DNA of 64,000 nt, from the NCBI GenBank assembly GCA_965248365.1, contig CBDFJA010000003.1:171557-235556 (forward strand), given 5' to 3'. The translations under genes were made by a program, and so were the position numbers. This DNA is from Bryobacterales bacterium. GTDB lineage: Bacteria > Acidobacteriota > Terriglobia > Bryobacterales > UBA6623. Under the pieces are notes generated by a model, which did no database searches, was not told where the DNA came from, and worked only from the letters and a program-made list of their open reading frames with translations. This document shows, one piece after another, positions 27,395-37,503 of the stretch (positions are counted from its first letter, which is position 1; the number at the start of each line of letters is the position of its first letter).

Positions 27395-27711
27395 AACGGA
27401 ACCGCTCTCCAGCGGCAATACAGGAAAGTGAGACAGATCTATCTCCCGAAGCCCTCCCGCTTGGTTGACTCCCCTTTTGCGCCGCCGCTATCATCAAGAC
27501 GAACGTTTCGGCCGGCCTGGGGGCATACCCTCGGTCCTTGGCCGCCCGTGGTGAAAGTCCGTGCCCTCAGGAAATGGGTATAGCCACTGATTTTCGTCGT
27601 CTAATCCGTACTGGAAACAAAGCGGTTTGCGCCACCGAAAATCGGATGACAGTCCCCATTTTTCGCCGCACCTAACTTCCACCGCGGCCTGCTAGGCTGT
27701 TGAAGGTTTTT

Positions 27712-28176
27712 ATGGGTCCGCTTGGGATTCCGGAATTAATATTCATCTGCGTTCTCGCGCTGCTCATCTTCGGCCCGAGGAAGCTGCCCGAGCTGGGCCG
27801 GACGTTCGGCAAGAGCATGGCCGAGTTTCGGCGCGCTTCGAACGACCTGCGAAACACGTTTCAACGCGAGATGGACACCATCGACCGGGAGAATCAGGAC
27901 CTTAAAGACGTTGCCCACGAAGTCAAGCAAGATCTGAACAGCGCCTACTACGAGGATTCCCCTGACGACTCCTATTCAAACCCCGACAGCGACCCCATAA
28001 CAGAGACTTCGTCCTCCGACCTTTCGTCGTCTGAAACGGTCCCCAGCCGGAAGAAAGAAGCGAACGCGGCCGACAGCCCCGCAATGGCCTCTAACGGCAA
28101 CGACGCCCCGAGCGGCTCGCCTTCCTCGGACACCCTGAAAAGCACCGAAGCGCCTGACCCCAAACCCGGTTCATGA
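27712..28176 (+). CDS. tatA: Twin-arginine translocase TatA/TatB-family protein with a long acidic Ser/Asp-rich tail
   Basis: MGPLGIPELIFICVLALLIFGPRKLPELGRTFGKSMAEFR. I prefer the ATG at 27712 over the TTG at 27700. Confidence 0.85.
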   Translation: MGPLGIPELIFICVLALLIFGPRKLPELGRTFGKSMAEFRRASNDLRNTFQREMDTIDRENQDLKDVAHEVKQDLNSAYYEDSPDDSYSNPDSDPITETSSSDLSSSETVPSRKKEANAADSPAMASNGNDAPSGSPSSDTLKSTEAPDPKPGS

Positions 28177-29594
28177 GTTCCGACGATCAGCAAGCGCGCG
28201 AGCAGCGTGACGCCGGCGCTTCTGGCTCCCAGGATTCCTCCGCGACCGATGAGGCTGCCGAGTCGCCGGACGCCGACGGTCCGGATGCCCAGCAGCCCGT
28301 CGCTGATTCCGGTCCTTCAAAGCCAAGCCCAAGCGGTGAGGCGAAGTCGCCTGACGCGGATGAATCAACCGTAGTCGGGGACCAAACTCCGCCTGCCCAG
28401 GCCGCGTCATCGGCACCCGACAGCTCGCAATCGGAAGGCGGCGGCAGTCGGGCCCCTGATTCCAGTGAAGAGGCAGAGCCGGCCTCCCCTCAGCCCGACG
28501 CCGACGACCTGCCGTCAGCCGACGAGACATCGTCCACGGCCAGCTATTACGACGATCCTTACGAAGAGGAAGGTGAAGAAGGTCCCTCCGGCCGCTCCGG
28601 CGCCGCGACGACGTCGACGGCACTTGAGAAAGCCGCGGAATCCTCGCCACCTCCGCCGCCTCCTCCTCCCTCCGGGGGTGATGGCGGGGGCGAAGACGAT
28701 GAGGAAGATGGCATGGCGCGGATGTCGTTTCTCGATCACCTGGACGAGCTCCGTACGCGGATTCTACGGGCCTTGATCGGACTCGGTATCGCCTACCCCC
28801 TTTGTCTGCTCTTTGCCCGTCAGCTATTCGAGCTGGTCAGAGGCCCCTACGATATGGCCCGCGAGCAGCTACCTCAATACGATAGCCCGCTCACACTCGT
28901 GGCCCTTACTCCGATGGAGTCATTCCATATGCTCTATCTAAAAATTCCAATTCTAGCGGCGGTGTTTCTAACTTCCCCCTGGCTGATGTACCAGGTGTGG
29001 GCATTCATCGCTCCCGGGCTCTATAAGAAAGAGCGTCGTTGGGCGCTACCTTTTGTTTTCAGTACCGCCACGCTGTTCATACTTGGTGGCGTATTCGGCT
29101 ATTTCGTCATGCTAAGGTTCGCGCTGGTGTTTCTGGTTGGAATCGGCTTCGAATCCGACATCCAGCCGATGATCAGCGTCAGCTCTTACTTCAATCTGTT
29201 CATTACTCTCTTACTTGGCCTCGGCATTGTATTCCAAATGCCGGTTTTGATTTTTTCCCTCACCCTGCTGCGCATCACGAGCCCGTCATTCCTGCTGAAA
29301 AACGTCCGTTACGCGATCTTGATCATGTTCGTGATCGCCGCCGTCATCACCCCCACGCCCGACGTAGCCAATATGACTCTGTTCGCCGCGCCGATGATCC
29401 TGCTGTTCTACGTGGGTATTGGCGCCAGCTATCTCTTGGTCTGGAAACGGGAAACGGGAAGAATCCCGTGGGGTAGGATTATGATCTTCGTGGTGCTGAT
29501 CGTGCTGCTCCTGCTAGCCGGAGTTCTCTACTACCTCCACAACGAGCTGGGGTATCGGTTTGTGGATCAATTTCCGTGGATTGTTCGCCCCTAG
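28173..29594 (+). CDS. tatC: Twin-arginine translocase TatC with a 180-aa low-complexity N-terminal extension
   Basis: The TatC core starts near M181 (MARMSFLDHLDELRTRIL, 28713). The upstream 540 nt are an open acidic/Pro-rich frame starting at an ATG that overlaps the tatA stop (ATGA). Confidence 0.85.
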   Translation: MSSDDQQAREQRDAGASGSQDSSATDEAAESPDADGPDAQQPVADSGPSKPSPSGEAKSPDADESTVVGDQTPPAQAASSAPDSSQSEGGGSRAPDSSEEAEPASPQPDADDLPSADETSSTASYYDDPYEEEGEEGPSGRSGAATTSTALEKAAESSPPPPPPPPSGGDGGGEDDEEDGMARMSFLDHLDELRTRILRALIGLGIAYPLCLLFARQLFELVRGPYDMAREQLPQYDSPLTLVALTPMESFHMLYLKIPILAAVFLTSPWLMYQVWAFIAPGLYKKERRWALPFVFSTATLFILGGVFGYFVMLRFALVFLVGIGFESDIQPMISVSSYFNLFITLLLGLGIVFQMPVLIFSLTLLRITSPSFLLKNVRYAILIMFVIAAVITPTPDVANMTLFAAPMILLFYVGIGASYLLVWKRETGRIPWGRIMIFVVLIVLLLLAGVLYYLHNELGYRFVDQFPWIVRP

Positions 29595-29596
29595 TA

Positions 29597-29790
29597 GCCC
29601 GCTTTTCCCACCAGGCGGCGAGGCGAAGTGCGTGAGAGGCCCGTCAGTACAAGGCGCGCGCCGCTCGGCGTCGCATTTCTTGAATCATGCGGGCGTACTT
29701 GAACCCTACGTTGAGCACGACGAGCAAGCGCAACGCAGCAATGGCGGGCTTATTGCGTGCTTCGACCGTCAGGCGGTGAGAAAAGCGAGC
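29597..29790 (+). repeat. MITE-194 full copy (M7)
   Basis: 194 bp, flanked by TA at 29595-29596 and 29791-29792. The left TA directly follows the tatC stop codon (29592-29594). Confidence 0.85.
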
Positions 29791-29840
29791 TAGTGCGGGT
29801 CTTCGTTTTCAGGGCTTGCTTTCAACAAACTCCCAGGAAA

Positions 29841-30604
29841 ATGGCGGCGAACGCTGCGCAATATTCTCCCGACGGCAACAACATCGCGTTCAAGTCAACT
29901 CGCTCCGGCGGCGGCGAAGTCTGGAAATGCGAGGCTGACGGTTCGAACGCGGTGCAGTTGACTTCGCTGGGCGCGCCGAGGAGTTTTGGCCGCATTGGGA
30001 TCCCGACGGGAGGAGCAGGGCATTTCTGTCCGATCCTGAAGGGCAGTGGGATATCTACGTCGTCAACACCGACGGGGGTGCGCCCCGGCGGCTGACGATC
30101 GATCCGTCGGTCGACGCCTCTCCAACCGGGTCGAGAAACGGAACGTGGATCTACTTCACTTCAAGGCGCACAGGGGATCCCCAGTGTTTCAAGATGCCGG
30201 CGGCAGGGGGAGGCCCCGCCCAAGTAGTTGCGGCCGCGGGGTTCTGGTGTGGGGAGTCACCCGACGGCAGTCTGTTTTACTTTTTGAGGGACTGTGCCAA
30301 CCCGTCTCTGCGGAGAGTGCCGGTTGAGGGCGGCGAGGAAAGCCAGGTCCTTGAAGCTGTGTTTGGTGGAATCTACGAGGTCGTCGAGGATGGGGTCTAT
30401 TTCGTTCCCCCCTCGACTCCGGAAGACGGCTTTTCAATTGAGTTCCTTCGCTTTGCCACGGGCGCCGTCGAGCACGTCATGAGCCTCGAGCGCCGGCCGC
30501 CGATCGGCAACTTTCTGAATGTTTCCCCGGACCGCCGGTCGATCCTCTACAGCCAGGCGGAGGATTACCAAAGCGACATCATGCTGGTCGAGAATTTCCA
30601 GTAA
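29841..30604 (+). pseudogene. TolB-like beta-propeller (WD40-like) gene fragment, 5'-truncated and frameshifted
   Basis: AQYSPDGNNIAFKSTRSGGGEVW...LTSLGAP, then a frame change near 29975-29985 to FWPHWDPDGRSRAFLSDPEGQWDIYVVNTDGG...VSPDRRSILYSQAEDYQSDIMLVENFQ. Confidence 0.65.
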
Positions 30605-30688
30605 CGGGGGCGGGGGTCGAAAGAGTAAGGGAGCGGACAGAGCCGCAGGCGCGTTGTGCCGACGGTTCCCCCTCGGCTGGCGAACATA

Positions 30689-31785
30689 TTGAATCTCGCA
30701 TAATATCGAGTTAGTCAAGGCCAAGAGAAGACTGCTTCCAGAAGGCCGTAATCAAGCGCGGTTTGCGGCGCATGCGACGCAGGGATTTGCGGGCACGCTC
30801 GTCCAGCTCCCAGTAGTCCTTCGGACAGACGTTCGGCAACTCGTGCTGCTTCCAGTAAGCCCAAATGTATTCCACCGGGTTCAGCTCCGGTGCATAGGGC
30901 GGCAAGCACTCCGTGGCGATGTGGCCTTCGGAGAGCTCGATGAACTCCCGCACCAGGCGGCTGCGGTGCGCCGGCAGGCGGTCCCAGACGATCAGCAGCG
31001 GGCCGTCGATGTGGCGGACCAAAGCCTTCAGGAAGTCGATGACCTCCAGCTCGCCGATGGCGCCGGGATAGAGCCGGAAGTAGAAGTTGCGCAAGGTCAG
31101 CCCGGCGGAAACGGAAAGTTTCTGCCAGTTGAAGTTGAACTCCAGCACGGGTGTCTCGCCGCGGGGCGCCCAGGTGCGGCAACGATGGGGCTTCTGACTC
31201 AGTCCGCTTTCGTCGATGAAGACGATCGTGCGGCCTTGTTTTTGGGCTTTTTTTTAGTGGCCGGCCAAGTCTTGCGCCGCCAGTTGCGGATGGCTTCTTC
31301 GTTGCGCTCGCGGGCCTTGCCGACAGGCCGTTGCGGGCTCCAGTGGAGCGCCCGCAGGATCTTCCAAACATGACCTTCGTGATAGCGCACGCCGAACTCG
31401 TCGGCGATCAGACGAGCGACTCGCGGACAAGTCCACGGCGGCGTCGAGAAGCCCTGCGCTTCGGGGCCCCGCAGCAGCATTGCCTCCAGACGTTCCCGTT
31501 GCGTGGCGTCTAACAGCGGCTTGCGGCTGGCGCGCCCGGCCCGGCGGAGTCCGGCGGCACCGTGCGCGCCATGCTCGCTAACCCAACGGCTCACGCTTTG
31601 CTGCGCCGCCTTCACGCGCCGTGCTGCCTCGGACTGACTCAAACCTTCGTCAACGACCAGCCGCACGGCCTCCAGCCGTCGCTTTTCCAGAGCATCAAAA
31701 TCGCGCCTTACGCCTCTTGGGTTCCCCATGTCTATTAAGACGAGCAGAACCCCCAAAAGGTTACTCTATATTATGCGGAAGTCAA
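30689..31785 (-). mobile_element. IS630-family insertion sequence, copy E3 (1097 bp)
   Basis: Same termini as E2, flanked by TA at 30687-30688 and 31786-31787. T8 run at 31248-31255. Confidence 0.9.
30711..31729 (-). CDS. IS630-family transposase (two frames, -1 frameshift in an A8 run)
   Basis: Same organisation as 12147-13165. A few substitutions (for example HGAHGAAG, GRASRKP). Confidence 0.8.
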
Positions 31786-32014
31786 TAGGCCGACAGAGCC
31801 GCCGGGCGTTAGCCCGCGGGCCCGCGCAACGAGTCAGAAGCCCTGCAAGGGCTTGGGAAAGTCCCAGGGCGATCAGTCGTGGGTTTACGGTTGACAATAC
31901 TCAACACGGCTGATTCGGGTCGCCGGCGACGATGAGTTTGGCTGGCAGCGGAATTATTGCGAGCAACATCATCCGCGAATTCGGAAGATTGGAAAGAAGT
32001 GCAGTACGTAACGG

Positions 32015-32892
32015 TTGATCTTGAATAGTCGCACATACCACCAGGTACCCGTAACGATGGCGATCAGCCAGCGCCAGCAACTACTGCGTCTGTCTCAAAA
32101 GGGGGTGACGTTCACCGGGGTCGAGGGCGCGCCACCCCCGCCTCGGCGAAGTGCTCGGATCATAAACGATGGGCTGGGCCTCATGGCTTGGACCATCTCG
32201 ACCTCGACATTGTCGGGCGGAAACTGGCTGTCGGTCGCACCGTCCACCGGCTCGGCGGACGCGTCATCCAGCTCATCGGTGGAAGCCGAGGTCGACCCCT
32301 TCGGCCTTGCACCGGGCAACTATTACGGTCTATTGGAGGTCGCAGCTCCGGAGGCGGCCAGCTCGCCGCAATTCCTCACCGTGGTGTTGAACCTACTCTC
32401 CGGCGAAAGTGACCCCGGACCGATCGTCACGCCCACGGGGTTGATCTTCATCGCGCCGGAAGGCGGACCAGCGCCCAAGGCGCAACAGATCCGGATTTCC
32501 AACTTGACCGCCGACGAGATCTCCTTCACCGTCAGGCCTTTGACTCTAGACGGCGATGGCTGGTTGATGGCCTCACCCGACGGAGGAGCGGTTGCTCCGG
32601 GAGATCCGACGACGATCGGCGTCCAAGCTGACTCGAGCAATCTCAGCCCCGGCATCTATCGAGGCCTGGTGAGACTGTTGTTCCAAGACGGTTTGAGTAG
32701 GACCGTGGATGTCATTCTAGTCGTGGTTCCGAACGGGCCCGTCTCACTGAAGCGCTCTCGGCGCTCTCAGAACGGCTGCAGTCGGTCGGAGGTTGCGCCG
32801 GTCTTCCAGCTTCTGGGCGGCACGGCCCCGATTCCTGCCGGCTGGCCGGCCGCGATTGAAGTCTTGGTAGTGGACGATTGCGGCAGCCCAAT
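32015..32892 (+). pseudogene. Fragment of a large secreted protein with Ig-like (BACON-like) repeats, truncated by IS3-A C2
   Basis: Two repeats of the pattern ...GGNWLSVAPSTG...PGNYYGLLEV... and ...DGWLMASPDGG...SPGIYRGLVRL.... The frame runs into the IS3-A left end at 32893. There is no convincing start. Confidence 0.5.
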
Positions 32893-33096
32893 TGACCTTG
32901 CCCCCTAAAACGAGTCCAAGTTGAATGTTAGGATTTTCGGTTTTAGGAAGGAGGCAAGAGATGGCAGGGAAGCGATTTAGTGCAGAACAGATCATCATCA
33001 AGTTGCGTGAGGCAGAGGTGGGTCTAGCTCAAGGACAGACGGTGGGCCAGGTGTGCAAACAGATTGGGGTGACCGAGCAGACCTACTACCGGTGGC

Positions 33097-34425
33097 CACT
33101 GCTGTCCGGTTAAAAGTCGAATAGAATCAATTGGTTGGGGTCATAGGGGGATTCGTTTGGGGAGTCGGATGGCTGGAGTGCCTGTAAAAGGGGCATTTTT
33201 TCGAATTGCGTAACGCTGAGAATCTGTAGAATCTGGTAAAGACTCGCTTCCAGCCCGAGCCGTTTCCGGACGATGGCGATGAGCACGTAAATCGAGACAG
33301 CGATCCAGATCTGCGTCTTGACGGCGTTCTCGCTGGTGCCGTAAAACGAGTTGATTCGCAGATGTTGCTTGATCCACTTGAAGAACAACTCAATCTGCCA
33401 ACGCGACTTGTAGATGTGGGCGATGGTCAGCGCCGGGAGCGCGAAGTTGTTGGTCAGAAACTTCAGCCGCTTGTTCGTCCGGGCGTCGAAGTAACTGACC
33501 CTCCGCAACGGGTCGGGATAGGCTTGGGCCGATTCGATGGCAGCCAGTATGACGGTCTGATCCGAGCGCAAGCCCGTGGATTTGTCGACGGGATGCGAGT
33601 AGCGCCGTTGGAGCAAGATGTTCTTCTTGGTTCGCACGACGAAGAACGACGAGCAGAGAGTGAACACGAAGAGGCGTTCGAAATCGACGTAGGCCCGATC
33701 CATGACGTAGAACGCGCCGGCCTCCGGGCCGATCTCGTCGAGGATGTTGATGTCGTGCACTTTGCCTCCAGTAATGCGGATGAACGTGGGAATATTGCCG
33801 TGCAGATCCAGCAGCGTGTGCATCTTCACGGCGGCCTTTTGCTTGCGGAATCTCGCCCACGGAAACAGCGACAGGCAGAGGTCGATTGTTGTCGAGTCGA
33901 GAGCGTACAGAGTCTGGTCCAAGTCCACACCGATCGGGTCGTGGGCATATAACGGCCGTGCCATGCCAATCAAGACCTGCGCGAAGTCCGCGTAGATCCG
34001 CCAGTCGCGCGACTCGTTCGCATCGGCCAGTGTCGAGCGCGCTACCCTGCCGCGGAATCCCATGTGGTAGAGTTTGCCGTGCATCGAACGCAGGCACGTC
34101 TCGATGTCGCGGAGGCTTGCCCGATAGGTCAGCTGGGCGAATGCCATCGCAAGAAACTGATCCCAGCAGGAGAAACTTTTCAGATAGGAATCGCCGCGGT
34201 AGCGCGATACACATTTCTGAAACTCTTTGCTCGGTAGGTGCTCGATCAGTTGGGAGAAAACCGTACGGCCAAGGTTCATCCCTCATTGTGCCGCGTCCGG
34301 ATGCTCCGTTCAGGCGACCATTTGCGGCCTCGGGATTTCAAATCGTTCCCGGGCAAAACAGGCCATAAGACATTGAGCGGTCGAGACTTACCGTCCGATG
34401 GCGCGACTTTCCCCGGACAGCACTG
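33097..34425 (-). mobile_element. IS4-family insertion sequence, copy D (1329 bp), nested in orfA of IS3-A C2
   Basis: 9-bp direct repeat ACCGGTGGC at 33088-33096 and 34426-34434. Removing it restores ...[12 protein letters not shown]. Confidence 0.92.
33110..34279 (-). CDS. IS4-family DDE transposase (389 aa)
   Basis: Nearly identical to copies A and G. Confidence 0.9.
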   Translation of the reverse strand: MNLGRTVFSQLIEHLPSKEFQKCVSRYRGDSYLKSFSCWDQFLAMAFAQLTYRASLRDIETCLRSMHGKLYHMGFRGRVARSTLADANESRDWRIYADFAQVLIGMARPLYAHDPIGVDLDQTLYALDSTTIDLCLSLFPWARFRKQKAAVKMHTLLDLHGNIPTFIRITGGKVHDINILDEIGPEAGAFYVMDRAYVDFERLFVFTLCSSFFVVRTKKNILLQRRYSHPVDKSTGLRSDQTVILAAIESAQAYPDPLRRVSYFDARTNKRLKFLTNNFALPALTIAHIYKSRWQIELFFKWIKQHLRINSFYGTSENAVKTQIWIAVSIYVLIAIVRKRLGLEASLYQILQILSVTQFEKMPLLQALQPSDSPNESPYDPNQLILFDF

Positions 34426-34564
34426 ACCGGTGGCGCAAGGAGTACGGAGGGCTTCGACTGAATCAGGCCAAGCGGTTGAAGGTGTTGGAGAAGGAGAATG
34501 CCCGGTTGAAGAAGCTAGTGGCAGATCTGTCTTTGGACAAGCAGATCCTAAAGGAAGTTTCCTC

Positions 34565-35470
34565 GGGAAACTTCTAGGCCCGACGAAGAGGAGACGCGCA
34601 GTGGTGTGGGTGAGGGAGAGATTGGGAGCAGAGCGCGTCTCCGAACGTCGGGCCTGCCAAGTGCTGGGACAGGCTCGATCGACCCAGCGAAGGGAAAGGC
34701 ATATCCCCGATGAGGAGGCTCGATTGGTGGCTGAGATGGTGGAGTTGGCCACGCACTACGGGCGATACGGCTACCGACGGATCACGGCCATGCTTCGTTG
34801 GGAAGGGTGGAAAGTGAATCACAAGCGGGTGGAGAGGTTGTGGAGACAGGAGGGGCTGAAAGTCCCGTCCAGACAGCCGAAACGAAGGAGACTGTGGCTT
34901 CATGATGGATCCTGCGTTCGGTTACGAGCGGCTCACAAGGATCACGTCTGGAGCTATGACTTCGTGCATGAGCGAACCCATGACGGAAGGGCCTTTCGAT
35001 TATTAACCCTACTGGATGAATACACCCGGGAGTGTCTGGCCATTGAGGTCCAACGACAGATGAATCACCAGGACGTGTTGGATCGATTGGCGGAGTTGTT
35101 CGTGGATCGGGGAGTGCCTGAATACATTCGGTCCGATAACGGGTCAGAGTTTACGGCTCAGGCGGTTCGGGACTGGCTGAAGGCTGTTGGGGTGAGGACC
35201 TTATACATCGAGCCCGGCAGCCCCTGGGAGAATGGATATGTGGAGAGCTTCAACGGAAAACTGCGGGATGAACTGCTGAACGTAGAAGTCTTCGACACGT
35301 TGTGGGAGGCGAAGGTGTTGGCCGAGAGATGGCGCAGGGAGTACAACCAGCGACGGCCTCACAGCGCCTTGGCCTATCGGCCGCCGGCGCCGGAGGCCAG
35401 ATTACCCAGGTCCCAGGACCAGAGTTCTATACCATGGAGTGGACTTCAAATGGTCCCAGGTCTAACTTAG
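34565..35470 (+). CDS. IS3-A OrfB (rve integrase core), normally made as an OrfAB fusion
   Basis: ...[32 protein letters not shown]...[11 protein letters not shown]...[19 protein letters not shown]...[15 protein letters not shown]. The slippery gggaaac is at 34565-34571. Confidence 0.85.
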   Translation, partial: GKLLGPTKRRRAVVWVRERLGAERVSERRACQVLGQARSTQRRERHIPDEEARLVAEMVELATHYGRYGYRRITAMLRWEGWKVNHKRVERLWRQEGLKVPSRQPKRRRLWLHDGSCVRLRAAHKDHVWSYDFVHERTHDGRAFRLLTLLDEYTRECLAIEVQRQMNHQDVLDRLAELFVDRGVPEYIRSDNGSEFTAQAVRDWLKAVGVRTLYIEPGSPWENGYVESFNGKLRDELLNVEVFDTLWEAKVLAERWRREYNQRRPHSALAYRPPAPEARLPRSQDQSSIPWSGLQMVPGLT

Positions 35471-35499
35471 AGAGTGGACTCGTTCCTGGGGGCAGGTCA

Positions 35500-35751
35500 A
35501 TCCAGGAGGGAGAGTGCGAGGTTCTCCGAGACGAAGGCGGAACGAAAAAACAGATCGCGGTCTTGCGAAGCGGCGACTACTTTGGGGAAATGGCCGTCCT
35601 CTCGGATCTCAGCCTCAATGCCACGGTGAGGGCTCTCTCGCCCACCAATGTTCTCGTTATCCCGAAGGACGATTTTGACATGTTGACGTCAAATGTGCCA
35701 GTGTTCGACCAGTTTTTCCGTGAGCTGGCTCAGAAGCGGGCGAGAGGCTGA
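35500..35751 (+). pseudogene. C-terminal fragment of a cyclic-nucleotide-binding-domain protein
   Basis: IQEGECEVLRDEGG...LRSGDYFGEMAVLSD...RALSPTNVLVIPKDDF, starting directly at the IS3-A C2 right end. Confidence 0.6.
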
Positions 35752-36164
35752 ATCGGACACTCCGCATCTAACATAGGTTTTGGTGCGCGAATATTCCGTC
35801 CGTGCTCAATACATTGAGGTCATCGGAGAACAGTGCGAGGCTCGAGTCACCGTTCATCACACTGGCATTTCGGTGCGGGTGGGGCCGCGGTCGAACCACA
35901 GGGGACGCACCAGGCTGAAGGACTGTAGTTAATTTTGTAGCTGTTCAAAGCCTCAGAGTTCAACGCGCGAACTAAGTGCCGATAGAGTCACGGAGTTGCA
36001 ATCCGCATTTTCGGAGTGGATTTGACGCAGCGGAGATTGGATCGCTGCTAACGAAGTTTCCCAGCGCGTCAGCGTTTGCCTCCCTGGCTGGGCCTGAGTC
36101 CGGCCTGAGTCCGGACTGTCAAGGGCGGAGCAAAATTAGGCCACTGGGGCGGAGTAAAAGTAGA

Positions 36165-36479
36165 CCATCTCAGAGGCCTTCCAGGGCCGTGTCGTTGACT
36201 ACCGTCGTACTTGCAGGCAATCAGTTTTTGATGCCAAGCCAGCAAGGTATCCGGGGTGACGATGGAGGCGACCTCTCCAAGCAGCTTGTGGCCGAGATTC
36301 TTGGCCTTGACGGCCGGACGGCGGCGCTGCTCGTCGCTCAGCCGAAGGCGCCTGTTCGCGATTTGTTCGCGCAAGACGCGGTTTTCCTCTTGCAGATAGT
36401 CGATGATGTCGCGTTGTTGTTCGTGAACCCAGCACGCCAAGCCGATCAGCATGAACCGAAGCGGGTTCAGAGGTTGCAT
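36165..36479 (-). pseudogene. N-terminal fragment of an rve-type transposase/integrase (unclassified IS)
   Basis: ...[71 protein letters not shown]...GPGRP matches the N-terminal pattern of a common integrase-core transposase family. The catalytic part is absent. Confidence 0.45.
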
Positions 36480-36831
36480 GGAGACACAACCTAGCACGAA
36501 TGCGTCCCACAAACGAACTGCGACCCGTGCCGCGCGCCAACTGCAACTCGCAGTCCGCAAGTCACTTATGTCACGACCGAGTTTTGGGACAACACGGCGT
36601 TGAAAGCAGTGCTGAGGGAAACGGCGCGGCCATGAAGGGGCCGACGCCGTTCGCCCACTGCCCAAGCGCCGGGAATTCCGCGCCATTCTTGCACTGCCGA
36701 GCCAAAGAATGCCATAAGCGGCAGGATAAAGATTATTATGAAAACAGGAATTTGGAAATGTTGCCAATATACAACTTAATGTGATACGATATCTTCTACG
36801 GTTGACCTGGTTTTTAAGATAATCGCTTATA

Positions 36832-37503
36832 ATGGGGCCACCCGCCAACAAGACGACGAACAAATGTTCCCTCGTGCTCGCCTGCGATGTCGCGGCGCTG
36901 CGTGATGTGATCAGAGGGTTACTGGCTCCGGAACCGGATTTCGAGATCATCGCTGAGGTAGAGAGCCTGGATGAACTTCCCGAAGCTCTTCGTCTCGCTA
37001 GGCCGGCGATTCTCCTGTGCCGCTTTAGCCCTGTAGGCGAACGCGTCGTCAGCGCCTTGCTGAACGTCGCGACATGGAGCGCCCGTACTCGAACGGTTGC
37101 GTTCGTGCAGTCCGAGTCCGAGAGACGACAATTGTTGCGAAGAGCCCTTGTGGCCGATGCCTTGGTTCTTCGCGGCATCACGATTCCCCAGATTACTAGT
37201 GCCATTCGAAGGACGTGGGGGCGTCAGTGGGGTGATCGCGTCAGGGGGACCGCCGGAACCAACGCCGGCGTGCCCGACCTCACGCGTCGAGAGCAGCAAG
37301 TCGTCTCGATGCTGACGCAAGGGTTCAGGCCGAAGGAAATGGCGGCGAATCTCGACATCAGTGAATCCGCCGTTCACATCTATGTAGATCGTCTTCTGGA
37401 GAAGTATGGCGCCCATCGGCGGATCGACCCCCTGCTCGACTCCTTCTCGGTTTATTCAACGCCACGGCGGGTCCGACAGGTTCGGGAATCATCCTACGAC
37501 TAA
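36832..37503 (+). CDS. LuxR/NarL-family response-regulator-like transcription factor
   Basis: C-terminal LuxR HTH ([44 protein letters not shown]). The receiver-like N-domain appears to lack the canonical phospho-acceptor Asp (PAILLCRF). The gene sits in a locally AT-richer stretch. Confidence 0.7.
   Translation: MGPPANKTTNKCSLVLACDVAALRDVIRGLLAPEPDFEIIAEVESLDELPEALRLARPAILLCRFSPVGERVVSALLNVATWSARTRTVAFVQSESERRQLLRRALVADALVLRGITIPQITSAIRRTWGRQWGDRVRGTAGTNAGVPDLTRREQQVVSMLTQGFRPKEMAANLDISESAVHIYVDRLLEKYGAHRRIDPLLDSFSVYSTPRRVRQVRESSYD

Larger units (their letters stand above)
32893..35499 (+). mobile_element. IS3-A copy C2 (1269 bp) carrying nested IS4 copy D
   Basis: Complete IRs. orfA is interrupted at 33096/33097 by IS4. 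The flanking gene fragments are unrelated (Ig-like repeat protein vs cNMP-binding domain) and there is no flank duplication. Confidence 0.9.

Noticed and set aside
27550-27560. GGTGAAAGTCC as the RNase P RNA conserved block
   Set aside because: The intergenic space (305 bp) is too short. The other universally conserved RNase P blocks (for example ACAGAA.CCGGCUUA) are absent.
29560-29793. ORFs running through MITE copies (recurrent peptides such as SPPGGEAKCVRGPSVQGARR, PSGGEK) as a repeated protein-coding gene
   Set aside because: The frames differ between copies and are interrupted. They are explained by the inverted-repeat DNA element, and there is no start or SD context.
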